From Candidatus Kapaibacteriales bacterium (GTDB taxonomy: Bacteria; Bacteroidota; Ignavibacteria; Kapaibacteriales; UBA2268), in the NCBI GenBank assembly GCA_965661945.1, contig CBFIFP010000005.1, positions 101,182 to 165,181 of the forward strand: a DNA stretch of 64,000 bases, read 5' to 3'. A program made the position numbers and the translations under genes. Under the pieces are notes generated by a model that had not been told where the DNA came from, did no database searches, and worked only from the letters and a program-made list of their open reading frames with translations. Within the stretch, counting starts at the first letter, position 1, and each line of letters opens with the position of its first letter. Below are positions 10,135-20,021 of this stretch, piece by piece.

Positions 10135-10989
10135 ATGAAAAATAAAAATAACATTTACATTATTTTCATAATTATTTCGATATTTACTTTAAATGTCAGT
10201 TTATTTTCCCAAGATTTAGACAATCCATTGAATCCGATTAAGACAAGAAATGCAAAATTGCACGATGTTGGGGTTACATTAGGATTTGGTCAAAATTATG
10301 CAAATGGCGAACATAGAGTTTTATGTGATGCTTGTATTTTTGACGGAGGAGTTGCATTTGGGACAACTCTTGGTTTATTTTATGAAAGAGAAGCAAATTC
10401 ATGGTTCTGGTATGGTATTTTATTAAGGTATGATAATTTAGGAATAGAAAGTAAGTACATTGACAATCAATTGTTAAAAGCTGTTGAAAGTGACCAACAA
10501 TTTATAGTTCCTATTGAGCAAAAAGCTGTATTAGATTTATCTTACTTAAATTTCACACCTTATGTTAGTTTTCGACTTGCAAAGTGGTTTAGGATTAATA
10601 CTGGCTTAAATGTTGGAGTAAATATTAATTCAAATTTAAAACATACAGAAACACCTATAAGTAATACAGTACAAGACCCAACAACAGGTGATATATATGA
10701 GCTTGAAGTTACAAACCCAGACCCAAATAGAACTGGTGCTGAAAGATACACATTTATGGACGAAGAGCTTCCAGAAATTGTAAGTCCATATTTAACTTTT
10801 TACTCGAATTTTGCATTTCCTATTGAATTTGAAAACGAGTCAAAACTAATTCCATCAGTTGGTTTTGATTTTCCTTTAGGAAATATTTCAAATTATGGTA
10901 ATAATTTTAATATAGGTACCTGGAGATTGTATCTATCATATAGTTATCCACTTATAACAAGAGGAAAGGACAAAAAAGAAGTAGAATAA
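10135..10989 (+). CDS. Outer-membrane beta-barrel protein
   Basis: Signal peptide, alternating amphipathic strands, terminal WRLYLSYSYP strand. Confidence 0.65.
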   Translation: MKNKNNIYIIFIIISIFTLNVSLFSQDLDNPLNPIKTRNAKLHDVGVTLGFGQNYANGEHRVLCDACIFDGGVAFGTTLGLFYEREANSWFWYGILLRYDNLGIESKYIDNQLLKAVESDQQFIVPIEQKAVLDLSYLNFTPYVSFRLAKWFRINTGLNVGVNINSNLKHTETPISNTVQDPTTGDIYELEVTNPDPNRTGAERYTFMDEELPEIVSPYLTFYSNFAFPIEFENESKLIPSVGFDFPLGNISNYGNNFNIGTWRLYLSYSYPLITRGKDKKEVE

Positions 10990-11143
10990 ATGAAAAAAAT
11001 TGGTAAATTAAAAAAATAATTTGGTTTTTTTAGTTTTTCTAATTAATTTCAAAATCTTTAAAATCAAAAGAAAAAAAAAGTGTTTTAAAAATTACACACT
11101 TTTTAGAAATTGAAAAATATTTTAACTAATTATAAAAGGATTT

Positions 11144-13774
11144 TTGCTTATGAAATTTGTTTACGGTAAAATAGTCATTATTCTTATGCTATTTAATGCA
11201 TTAGGACTAAATGCAAAAGAAAGTAACGGAGAAGTTTATCTAATGGCTGCTACTTTAAGCCCAATATCTCCGCAAGATAATGGCGGAATTATGGGAAGTC
11301 AACAGATAAAAATTATAAATTTAGGACCTGCAATTAACCACAAAGGTTATGATTATGCTCCTACTATCTCTGCTGATGGTAGAACATTATTCTTTGTGTC
11401 TGATAGACCAGGTTCTATTCCAGATATAAAGAAAAACCCTTCTCACGATTTCTGGTTTGCTAAAAAAGGCGATAGGTTAGATACTATTTTTACAGAACCT
11501 AAAAACTTAGACCCTTCAAATGCTTTCGGTCCTTCTGGTGTTAATACTGAGTATAACGAAGGTGCCGCATCTCTTGCTGCAGATGGCCAGTCTCTTTACT
11601 TTACTGCTTGTAATAGACCTGATGGATTAGGTTCTTGCGATATTTATAAGACTACAATTGAAGGTGAGAAGTGGTCAAAACCAATTAACCTTGGAAAAAA
11701 CATCAATTCAAAATATTATGAAACTCAACCTGCAATTTCTCCAGACCAATCGAGATTGTATTTTATCTCAACAAGACCTGGTCCGAACTCCGACGGTACA
11801 TCTGAAGAAAAAAATTATGATGTATGGTTTGCTGATTATGATTTTGATATGGAAGAATGGGGACCTGCTAAAAACTTAGAAGCAATTAATACTAAAGGAA
11901 TTGAAAAAACTCCATTCATCGGAGCTGATGGTATTACTTTATTTTTTGCTTCTGATAGTTACAAACCTAACTTTGGTGGAACTGATTTTTATGTTTCAAG
12001 ATATGATTATTCATCAGACTCTTGGGATGCTCCTCAAAACCTTGGTGAACCTATTAATACAAAAGGTAATGAACAATTTATTACTTTACCTGCATCTGGT
12101 GATATTATTTATTTCTCTTCAGATAGAAAAGATTTGGATGGTTATCAAGGAAGTTTAGATATTTTTATGGCTTTTGTGCCTTCATTCTTTAAGGCAGTAA
12201 ATATTGTTGGAACTGTTGTTGATGAATGTTCTGGAGAGTTTATTCCAGCAACAATTAAAGTAAAAAATATGCTAACAGGTAAAGAAAATGAATTTACAGT
12301 TACTTCAGAGAAACAAAATTTTGAAAGAATTGTTGTAAACGAAGATTATCGTAAAGGGTCTGAAGAATTTGAATCGGTTTCATTTGAGATTACAGCAACA
12401 AATGAACAATATGGAACTACAAAAATAATTCAAAAAGTTGATAAACCTTCAACTACAAATGATGCTTCTGAAGCTAATACAGTTGATATTGAGTATAAAT
12501 TAAAATTAACTTTAGGACAAAAGCCAGTTATTGCTGCAGAAGTTAAAGAAGGCGACTTTTTACAACAAAATAGAACAAAAATTGCTGAATTAAAAGATTT
12601 TAATGGTCTTGTTATGCGTGAAGTTATGACAAGAGACTTATATCCTCTTTTAAACTATGTATTTTTTGAAGAAGGTTCATCTGAAATTCCTGAAAGATAT
12701 ATTCCTTTAACAAACGATTATATTTCTTCTTTTAATGATACTACTATTGCTGGTGGAACTCTTGATAAATATTATCACGCTCTTAACATTTTTGGATTTA
12801 GATTAACTAAAAATCCAGATTCAAAAATTACTTTAGTTGGATGTAATGATAATGTTACTGAAGCAGAAAAAGGAAATTTAGAATTATCTAAAAAAAGAGC
12901 GCAAGTTGTTTATGATTATTTTAAAAATGTTTGGGGCATTTCTGAGGATAGAATGAAAATTGAAACTCGTAATTTCCCAGATGTAAAATCTAATCCAAAA
13001 GATTCTTTAGGGCATCAAGAAAACAGAAGAGTAGAGATTAGATGTGATGATTGGTCAATTATGAAACCTGTTTTTGAAGTTGATCCTAAAACTTTCCCTC
13101 AACCTGTTACTATGGAATTCATAACTACTAACGGTATTGCAGACGATATTATTGCTTCTAAAAGAATTGAAATTAAAAGAAATGGTTCTAATTGGAATTT
13201 AATTGATGGCTTAGGTGTTGATAAAAACAAAGTTACTTATGACTGGAAATCAACTGCTAATAAATATCCTATTGTTCCTGATAACGCTCCTTATGTTGCT
13301 CAGTTAATTGTAACTACAAAATCTGGTGCTGAGTGTAAATCTGACCCTATTGAAATTCCAGTTTATCATGCGATTACAAGTGACAGAAAAATAGTTTTAG
13401 GTTCTGATTCAACGCAAGAAAACTATAGTTTGATTTTATTTCCTTTCAATAGTTCTGCAGCAGGACCTTTGAATGATAAAATTATGAAAGACTACGTTTA
13501 TGATAGAGTTTATCCTACATCAAATGTATCTGTAATTGGTCATACTGATAACATTGGTCTTTATGAATATAATCAAAAACTATCTGATAGAAGATCTAAT
13601 ACTGTTTTTGATGGTATTAATCAAGCATCAAAGAGAAAATATGGTAATTTGGATAAATCTGGAGTTGGTGAAGACAATCCATTGTATGATAACGACCTAC
13701 CTGAAGGTAGATTCTACAATAGAACAGTTCAGGTATTAGTTCAAACTCCATTAAGTGAATTTGATAAAGAATAA
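11144..13774 (+). CDS. PD40 (TolB-like) repeat protein with two OmpA-C domains (PorE-like)
   Basis: NLGPAIN/PTISADGRTLFFVSDRPG repeats; OmpA motifs LSKKRAQVV...ENRRVEI and IGHTDNIG...LSDRRS...YNRTVQV. Confidence 0.85.
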   Translation: MLMKFVYGKIVIILMLFNALGLNAKESNGEVYLMAATLSPISPQDNGGIMGSQQIKIINLGPAINHKGYDYAPTISADGRTLFFVSDRPGSIPDIKKNPSHDFWFAKKGDRLDTIFTEPKNLDPSNAFGPSGVNTEYNEGAASLAADGQSLYFTACNRPDGLGSCDIYKTTIEGEKWSKPINLGKNINSKYYETQPAISPDQSRLYFISTRPGPNSDGTSEEKNYDVWFADYDFDMEEWGPAKNLEAINTKGIEKTPFIGADGITLFFASDSYKPNFGGTDFYVSRYDYSSDSWDAPQNLGEPINTKGNEQFITLPASGDIIYFSSDRKDLDGYQGSLDIFMAFVPSFFKAVNIVGTVVDECSGEFIPATIKVKNMLTGKENEFTVTSEKQNFERIVVNEDYRKGSEEFESVSFEITATNEQYGTTKIIQKVDKPSTTNDASEANTVDIEYKLKLTLGQKPVIAAEVKEGDFLQQNRTKIAELKDFNGLVMREVMTRDLYPLLNYVFFEEGSSEIPERYIPLTNDYISSFNDTTIAGGTLDKYYHALNIFGFRLTKNPDSKITLVGCNDNVTEAEKGNLELSKKRAQVVYDYFKNVWGISEDRMKIETRNFPDVKSNPKDSLGHQENRRVEIRCDDWSIMKPVFEVDPKTFPQPVTMEFITTNGIADDIIASKRIEIKRNGSNWNLIDGLGVDKNKVTYDWKSTANKYPIVPDNAPYVAQLIVTTKSGAECKSDPIEIPVYHAITSDRKIVLGSDSTQENYSLILFPFNSSAAGPLNDKIMKDYVYDRVYPTSNVSVIGHTDNIGLYEYNQKLSDRRSNTVFDGINQASKRKYGNLDKSGVGEDNPLYDNDLPEGRFYNRTVQVLVQTPLSEFDKE

Positions 13775-13801
13775 TTTCAACGTTTCATTTTTTTTTTAGT
13801 G

Positions 13802-13835
13802 AAGACCTCCATTTTAGTCGATGGGGGTTTTTTTT
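13802..13835 (+). terminator. Intrinsic terminator
   Basis: ACCTCCAT/ATGGGGGT stem followed by a T-tract. Confidence 0.75.
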
Positions 13836-13867
13836 ATGTTTAAATAATTAAGATTTTTTTAAAAGAG

Positions 13868-14334
13868 ATAATTTCAGATTGTCGATTATAATTAAAAAAT
13901 GATGTCATTCAGAGCGCAGCGAAGAATCCAGTTAGCATTAGCAACTATCTATCGTTTTGTTTTTGTGCTATTTATGGGTATCATATATTCATCTACTCTG
14001 TAGTTGTAGGGTTTTGTTGTGGATTTGGTTTTCTACAACTATTTCACATCTCCGATGTAATTAATAATTTATAACTATTATTAATACATATATATTACAA
14101 AGATATTATTATTTGTATTAAATTCTATTGGACAATTTGGGATTATATTTGGAAGACACAATTAGTAGAAAAGATAAATTCACCCCAGCACCCCACAACT
14201 GCGGAGAAATTGAATAGAAATACGTTGTAACTATCTAAAATACAAGATATTAAAGTGTTGATATTCTAAGTTAGATTCATTGCTGCGCTCTGAATGACAT
14301 CATTTTTTAATTATAACCGACAATTTGAAATTAT
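13868..14334. repeat. REPIN/MITE-like element with 61-bp terminal inverted repeats and a nested inner inverted repeat
   Basis: 13868-13928 versus the reverse complement of 14274-14334 gives 57/61 identity; degenerate inner arms at 13986-14036 and 14165-14216; no ORF inside. Confidence 0.85.
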
Positions 14335-14438
14335 TCAGAAAAGTTGATAGTATTGAATATTTATAGTTAAAATTAAATTAAATTTAAGAAACTCAATAAA
14401 ATACAAATACGTATATTTTAAAAAATTCTAATATTAAT

Positions 14439-15017
14439 TTGATTATGTATTTTTATTTATTTATTTCAATATTTTTAAATACTAACAGTTTTTCAGAAGA
14501 AATTAAAACTGAAAGAGATTATTTCTTTTGGCTTTCAGTTGGACCTGGAATGAATAGAAATTTGAGATTTGATAAAATTGAACCAAAAGTTGGTAATTCA
14601 AAATCAATAAGCTTTAGTATAATTCATAAAAACCAAATTTTTACATTTAAAAATAATCAAATTAATCTATTAGATAATGATAATTCAGTAGTTATTGAAT
14701 ATTTTTGTGAAGGAAGTGATTTTCATAATGATTTATCTTTACTATATGGGTATATTATAAAATTAGATAATATTTCTTTTTCAATTTCAAGCGGATTAAG
14801 CTATTTATCTCATAAGATTAACAATTATGATATTAATTCTATTCAAATAAACTGTGATTCATATCATAGAAAATATAGTTTTGGAATACCAATTGAATAT
14901 AGTAATATGCTTTATTTAAAACATGTTGGTTTAGGTTTTAATTTTTATTTTAATTATAATCAAGTTCAAAGTTTTATGGGTATCAATTTTTGTATTTCTG
15001 TTGGTTCATTCAAATAG
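14439..15017 (+). CDS. Hypothetical outer-membrane beta-barrel-like protein
   Basis: Short hydrophobic N-terminus, beta-strand pattern, ends GINFCISVGSFK; very AT-rich. Confidence 0.55.
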   Translation: MIMYFYLFISIFLNTNSFSEEIKTERDYFFWLSVGPGMNRNLRFDKIEPKVGNSKSISFSIIHKNQIFTFKNNQINLLDNDNSVVIEYFCEGSDFHNDLSLLYGYIIKLDNISFSISSGLSYLSHKINNYDINSIQINCDSYHRKYSFGIPIEYSNMLYLKHVGLGFNFYFNYNQVQSFMGINFCISVGSFK

Positions 15018-15044
15018 TGAGTTTGAAAAATATTTATAAATATA

Positions 15045-15803
15045 CTAAAACTCAACTCCACCAATACAGATAAAATCAGGATTGACTAATTCTTCTTTGT
15101 TATATATTAATTTATTTTTATTACTATCGTTTGAAATTACTATTCCACCAGTTGCTTCTACAATTGCTTGACCAGCAGCTGTGTCCCATTCCATTGTTGG
15201 TCCAAATCTTAAGTAAACATTCGCCTTTCCTTCGGCAATGTGGCAAAATTTTAATGAACTTCCAAGTTGCTTTTCTTCTGTAATTGGTAGGTCGATATAC
15301 TTGGATAAGTTACGTTTGTCAGAGTTGCTCTTGATTAAGACTAAGTTGTTCTTTTTAATAGTAGTAACAACTTTCTCTTTAGTCATATCTTTGTATTTTT
15401 TATAAGCAATTTTATCAACTCCACTAAAAAAAGAAAGTGAATATGAAGGTGCATATATAACTCCTGCAATTGGCTTTCCATTGTGAATTAATGCAATATT
15501 GATAGAGAATTGACCACTTTTTTTAACAAACTCTTTTGTTCCGTCAAGTGGGTCAACACAGAAGTAATATTCCCAATATTTTCTTTCGTCATAATGCACA
15601 TTCTCAATTTCTTCTGAAACAATTGGAATTTCAGAGTAATATTTTTGTAAGTAATTAGTAATAATATCATTAGATGCAATATCGGCATCAGTTACAGGAG
15701 TATTATCCTCTTTATAGCGAACATTTTGGTATTTCTCATAAATGTCTAATACCTTTTTGCCTGCCTCAACGGCTATTTCATTTATGAGATTAATGTCAAT
15801 CAT
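15045..15803 (-). CDS. cysQ: 3'(2'),5'-bisphosphate nucleotidase
   Basis: PVTDAD, VSEE, DPLDGTKEF, GSSLKFC, PTMEWDTAAG. Confidence 0.95.
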   Translation of the reverse strand: MIDINLINEIAVEAGKKVLDIYEKYQNVRYKEDNTPVTDADIASNDIITNYLQKYYSEIPIVSEEIENVHYDERKYWEYYFCVDPLDGTKEFVKKSGQFSINIALIHNGKPIAGVIYAPSYSLSFFSGVDKIAYKKYKDMTKEKVVTTIKKNNLVLIKSNSDKRNLSKYIDLPITEEKQLGSSLKFCHIAEGKANVYLRFGPTMEWDTAAGQAIVEATGGIVISNDSNKNKLIYNKEELVNPDFICIGGVEF

Positions 15804-16576
15804 ATTGTTACTGGAAAATATCTATTTAAAATATTTGTGATAGTTCCTGGATAATTTGATACGACAGTTTTTATATTGAATTTTTTTATTTTTTCGAGTT
15901 CGTACCAATTGTCTATTGAATAAACAGCAAGATAAATTCCATTATCTTTACAATCTTTGTCTATTTCTGGTGTTAATTCATCAGATGATACTATAAATGC
16001 TTCAATTCCATATTTTTCTTTTAATTCCGAAGCAGGAGTATTATTTTCAGGTATTTTTATTCCTGCAATATGCACTTCTGGGTCTTTTTCTTTTAGTTCT
16101 GCTATTAAATTTAAATCGAATGATGCAAATAATGTATATGGTATGTATCCAGATTCTTTAACTGTATCGTAAATCTTTTTAGCTTTTTCTTTGTTGTTTT
16201 CTTTTTTATTTGATTTTATTTCAATATTCAAATATGCTTTATCTCTTATAAATTCTATTGTTTCTTCTAATGTTGGTATGCGTTGACTTTGATAATATCT
16301 ATCAAACCAAGACCCTACATCTAATTTTCTTAAATATTTGTATGGTAAACGTGATATTGGTTTTCTTCCTTGTGCTGTTCTTCCTAATTTGAAGTCATGA
16401 TAACAAATTATTTTTCTATCAATGGTCATTTGGACATCTACTTCTATCATATCTGCACCTGATTTTATTGCTTCTTCAAATGCAGCAATTGTATTTTCAG
16501 GTGCTATTCCAGAGGCTCCTCGATGTGCAGCAACAAAAACTCTTTTTTTATCAACGAATTCTTTTAGTGTTTCCAT
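15800..16576 (-). CDS. Glycerophosphodiester phosphodiesterase
   Basis: AHRGASGIAPENT, IEVDVQ, HD, RIPTLEE, NIEIK. Confidence 0.93.
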   Translation of the reverse strand: METLKEFVDKKRVFVAAHRGASGIAPENTIAAFEEAIKSGADMIEVDVQMTIDRKIICYHDFKLGRTAQGRKPISRLPYKYLRKLDVGSWFDRYYQSQRIPTLEETIEFIRDKAYLNIEIKSNKKENNKEKAKKIYDTVKESGYIPYTLFASFDLNLIAELKEKDPEVHIAGIKIPENNTPASELKEKYGIEAFIVSSDELTPEIDKDCKDNGIYLAVYSIDNWYELEKIKKFNIKTVVSNYPGTITNILNRYFPVTI

Positions 16577-16826
16577 TTTTTTTTCAAAATTTGCAAAAAT
16601 ATAATTACTAATTTAATCAAAATATATTTATTTATTTTTCTTTATTCAAAAAAAGTTATAATATTTTTAATTTTCAGTAAAAGTTTCTCTTTTAAACGAA
16701 CTCTCTATTACTTTTCACTTTCGCTCATAAACAAAGAGGGATTATTGTTTTTTTGCAAAAAAAGGTGTTTTTTGTTTTTTCGGATTTCAGAACTATATAA
16801 TATACAATAGTTTACAAATTATGGCT

Positions 16827-16854
16827 AATATTGTGTGCAATTATTATGTAAACT
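16827..16854 (+). other. dif-like site (perfect XerD-type arm, divergent XerC arm)
   Basis: TTATGTAAACT at 16844-16854 equals the right arm of B. subtilis dif; the left arm AATATTGTGTG is not canonical. Confidence 0.35.
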
Positions 16855-16876
16855 AAATTGGGTGTTTTTGAAGCTC

Positions 16877-16937
16877 AGAAGAGATATTTCCCAAACCCGA
16901 AAGAGACCTCTCCCAAACCCTCTCCTAAAGGAGAGGG
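16877..16937. repeat. REP-like palindrome CCCTCTCCT-AA-AGGAGAGGG preceded by a degenerate 22-bp tandem duplication
   Basis: Hairpin at 16918-16937; units 16877-16898 and 16899-16920 are 17/22 identical. Confidence 0.7.
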
Positions 16938-17195
16938 CAATAAATCAATGAGTTACGTGGTTGTTGTTGTTAAGTAAAATATTAATCTAGAGAATATTTA
17001 ATTATTTTATTATATTATTTGCTATTTTTATAATATTTGTTTGGAAATGTCAATTTTATTTTATAAATAACAAATATTATTTTACAAAAAAATAAAATTT
17101 TAATTTTTTTTAGGTTTTTAGATAGTGCAAGTGGAATAGGTTTTAAGGATGGTACTCGTAAATAAAAAAATTAAAATTTTAAATGAGAAAATTTT

Positions 17196-19952
17196 TTGTT
17201 CCATTTTTTTAATGGGTATAAGATGAATTCTATACCAAATTTACGAGGCGTTGTAAGTCCTATATCTTACTCACTATTTTTCTTAAAAACTACTTTATTT
17301 CAAAAAATTGAATATAATATGACAGGTGCAGATAAATTTGTAGAAATTGTGGGTTCGCATACTTTTTCTAAAAATTATATGACAGGACCTTGCACAGGCG
17401 CTGAAGTTTGCGGACAAGAATTACATGACCATTTTTATACTATCCCACCCGGACCATTATATCCAAAATTATATTCTAACCCACTCGCTGGAATTGATTG
17501 TAGCGACCCATGTTTTTGGAAACTTGATGGAAATAGTAATGTTGATGATTTCTATAATTTTATTGGTCCTACAAAAGCAGGTGAAGACTTTATTGTAAAA
17601 GCAAGAAGTGATGCCAAAGGACTAACCGAAAGAATAAGAGTAAAACATAATGGAGGGATTGACTTAAAAGTTGGAAATTGGGATGAAAGTTATCCTCAAA
17701 TAACATTAGATGACGGAGGTACCGCTGCCCCTACAATAAGATTCTATCGAAATTCTGGTAACCCTTCAGACCTTACAGATGTTTATCCTTTCTGGATTCA
17801 AGGAAATATAGGTTCTTCAGGTGGATTAAGATTTTTGAGTCAAGAGTTTAGCAATTTTAGAGCTCCTCTTGGAACTGAAACACCTGTGATACGATTCAAA
17901 ATTAATTATAATGGCAACCTTGGAGTTAATAAAGAAGTGCCAACTGCGAGATTCCAAGTTACAGAAGGCAATGTTTTATTTGACGGTAAAACAACTAGTT
18001 CTTTCGATAATCTTCCTTCTGGAGCTGGCAACCGCTTCCTTTGGGCTGCTGAAAAATCGGCTTTACGGGCTGGGGAAGTTACTGGCTCGCAATGGAATAA
18101 TTCTAATATTGGCACTCATTCAGCTGCTTTCGGGCTTGATAATACCGCAAGTGGGAGTTATACGCTGGTTGGCGGTAAAGATAATTTTGTACCAGGTAAC
18201 TTTTCTAATGCAGTTGGGCTAAATAATAAAGTTGAAGAAGATTATTCATTTGCTTCAGGTCAGGTAAATTCTGTGCTTGCTGACCATGCTAGTGCTTTTG
18301 GTCTAAGCAATACAATTAAAGGTGATTATTCTTTTGCATCAGGAGCTAGTAATACAATTACAGGGGAATATTCTTATGCATCAGGATATGATAATTATGT
18401 AGATGGTAATTATGCTGCTGCATTTGGAAGATTCAATGATGTAACTGGTTACCAAGCAATGGCTTTTGGTATTAATAATGATGCAACTAGTACTGGTTCT
18501 GTTGCTTTTGGTATCAATAATAAATCTGAAGGTGTTGGTTCTATCGCTTTTGGGAATACATCCTTTGTTACAAATGCTAGTTCTTTTGGTGGAGGATTTC
18601 AAATTGAAAATTATGGTGCAAATTCATTTGCTTATGGTGATGGTATTGAAATTGATGAAAATTCAACAAACTGTAATGCTATTGGTGAGGGTATTACTAT
18701 TGATGGAAACTATAATTCTGCTTTTGGTTCTAGCTTAATAAACGAAGGACATTATTCAACAGCAATGGGAAATAGATTTAGAGTTGAACATAAAGGTTCT
18801 TTTGTAATAGGAGATTTTGATGGTCCATCTTCCCCAATTGATTTTACTACATCTGAAAACATAAATGAAATAACTTTAAGATTTACAGGTGATTTAGAGG
18901 GAGAATCTAATAGTACTAATAAATGTTATAGGTTTATTACAGAACTTGAAACTGATAATACAATTAAAAATGGAGTTTTCTTACATCGTGGTGGTAATTC
19001 GTGGGGTTCTTTATCTGATAGAAACCTTAAGAAAAATATTCAAGATATTGACAATCATTCTATTTTAGAAAATTTAAGACAAGTACAAATAAAAACTTGG
19101 CAATGGAGAGATGGTTGGACATATAAAGATACTGTTAAAATCTGGGATGATTTTTCTCATACCTGGTTAGGTCCAATGGCGCAAGATTTTAATAGTAAAT
19201 TTAGTAATTTTGGGACTGGTGATAATACAAAATTAAATTCTGCTACAATGGATGCTGTTATGTTTGCATCAATTCAAGCATTAGCTGATATGGTTGATAG
19301 TCATTCTCAAACATTAACTTCAGAAAAAGAAAAAATTGACTCTTTAGATAATTACACAAAAGAGTTATTAACAAAATCAGAGTTTGAAGGGTTTAAAAAT
19401 GAAATTGATTGCTTAGATTCAGTTTGTGAAAGAGTTTCAACTTTAGAAACAAACTATACAGATTTAAAAAATAATTCTTCTACTTTTTTAACAAAATCAG
19501 AATTTAATTCATTTAAAGATCCTATTACTTGTTATGCAGATGCCTGCAAAAGAATTAAAGATCTTGAAGATACAATTGAATCTTTAAAAAAACGTCTTGA
19601 TGAATTAGAAGGTCAAGATAGTTCTGGCGCGGAAGGACCAAAATATAATCAAAATCTAAACTTTAATTTTGGTAATTTAGAAAATAATGTGATTTTGGAA
19701 CAAAATAATCCAAATCCATTTTCTGATGAAACTAAGATTAATTATTATATTCCTTCTGATTTTTCTGGTCAAGCAGAATTAATGCTATCTGACGAAAAAG
19801 GAAGCACTGTAATCAAAAAACTTGAGGCATGTATTGGAAAACCTTGTTCAATTACAATTTCAGCGGAGGGCTTGAATACAGGAGTTTACGTTTACGCACT
19901 TTTACTCGACGGAAAAATCATCAAATCACAAAAAATGATGATAATTAAGTAA
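17196..19952 (+). CDS. Tail-fibre/adhesin-like protein: YadA-head-like 14-aa repeats, peptidase S74 chaperone, coiled coil and T9SS type A CTD
   Basis: About 17 xSxAxGxxN repeats; WGSLSDRNLKKNI...LGPMAQDF (S74); LEQNNPNPFSDETKINY...GVYVYAL...QKMMIIK (CTD); start uncertain. Confidence 0.85.
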   Translation: MFHFFNGYKMNSIPNLRGVVSPISYSLFFLKTTLFQKIEYNMTGADKFVEIVGSHTFSKNYMTGPCTGAEVCGQELHDHFYTIPPGPLYPKLYSNPLAGIDCSDPCFWKLDGNSNVDDFYNFIGPTKAGEDFIVKARSDAKGLTERIRVKHNGGIDLKVGNWDESYPQITLDDGGTAAPTIRFYRNSGNPSDLTDVYPFWIQGNIGSSGGLRFLSQEFSNFRAPLGTETPVIRFKINYNGNLGVNKEVPTARFQVTEGNVLFDGKTTSSFDNLPSGAGNRFLWAAEKSALRAGEVTGSQWNNSNIGTHSAAFGLDNTASGSYTLVGGKDNFVPGNFSNAVGLNNKVEEDYSFASGQVNSVLADHASAFGLSNTIKGDYSFASGASNTITGEYSYASGYDNYVDGNYAAAFGRFNDVTGYQAMAFGINNDATSTGSVAFGINNKSEGVGSIAFGNTSFVTNASSFGGGFQIENYGANSFAYGDGIEIDENSTNCNAIGEGITIDGNYNSAFGSSLINEGHYSTAMGNRFRVEHKGSFVIGDFDGPSSPIDFTTSENINEITLRFTGDLEGESNSTNKCYRFITELETDNTIKNGVFLHRGGNSWGSLSDRNLKKNIQDIDNHSILENLRQVQIKTWQWRDGWTYKDTVKIWDDFSHTWLGPMAQDFNSKFSNFGTGDNTKLNSATMDAVMFASIQALADMVDSHSQTLTSEKEKIDSLDNYTKELLTKSEFEGFKNEIDCLDSVCERVSTLETNYTDLKNNSSTFLTKSEFNSFKDPITCYADACKRIKDLEDTIESLKKRLDELEGQDSSGAEGPKYNQNLNFNFGNLENNVILEQNNPNPFSDETKINYYIPSDFSGQAELMLSDEKGSTVIKKLEACIGKPCSITISAEGLNTGVYVYALLLDGKIIKSQKMMIIK

Positions 19953-19961
19953 TACATATCC

Positions 19962-19989
19962 GCAGGGAACGCAGATCTGCGTTCCCTAC
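19962..19989. repeat. GTAG-family REP-like palindrome
   Basis: GCAGGGAACGCAGATCTGCGTTCCCTAC, self-complementary except for one base, GC-rich in AT-rich DNA, no U-tract. Confidence 0.75.
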
Positions 19990-20021
19990 AATATTTCAAA
20001 ACAAATTCAAGGAATAAAAAA

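Noticed and set aside
18115-18810. 42-bp periodicity as a possible CRISPR or DGR repeat
   Set aside because: It is a protein-level YadA-type repeat with degenerate DNA; no cas or reverse transcriptase gene in the window
17196-19952. Prophage suggested by the tail-fibre chaperone
   Set aside because: No capsid, terminase, integrase or lysis genes; the T9SS CTD indicates a host-secreted protein
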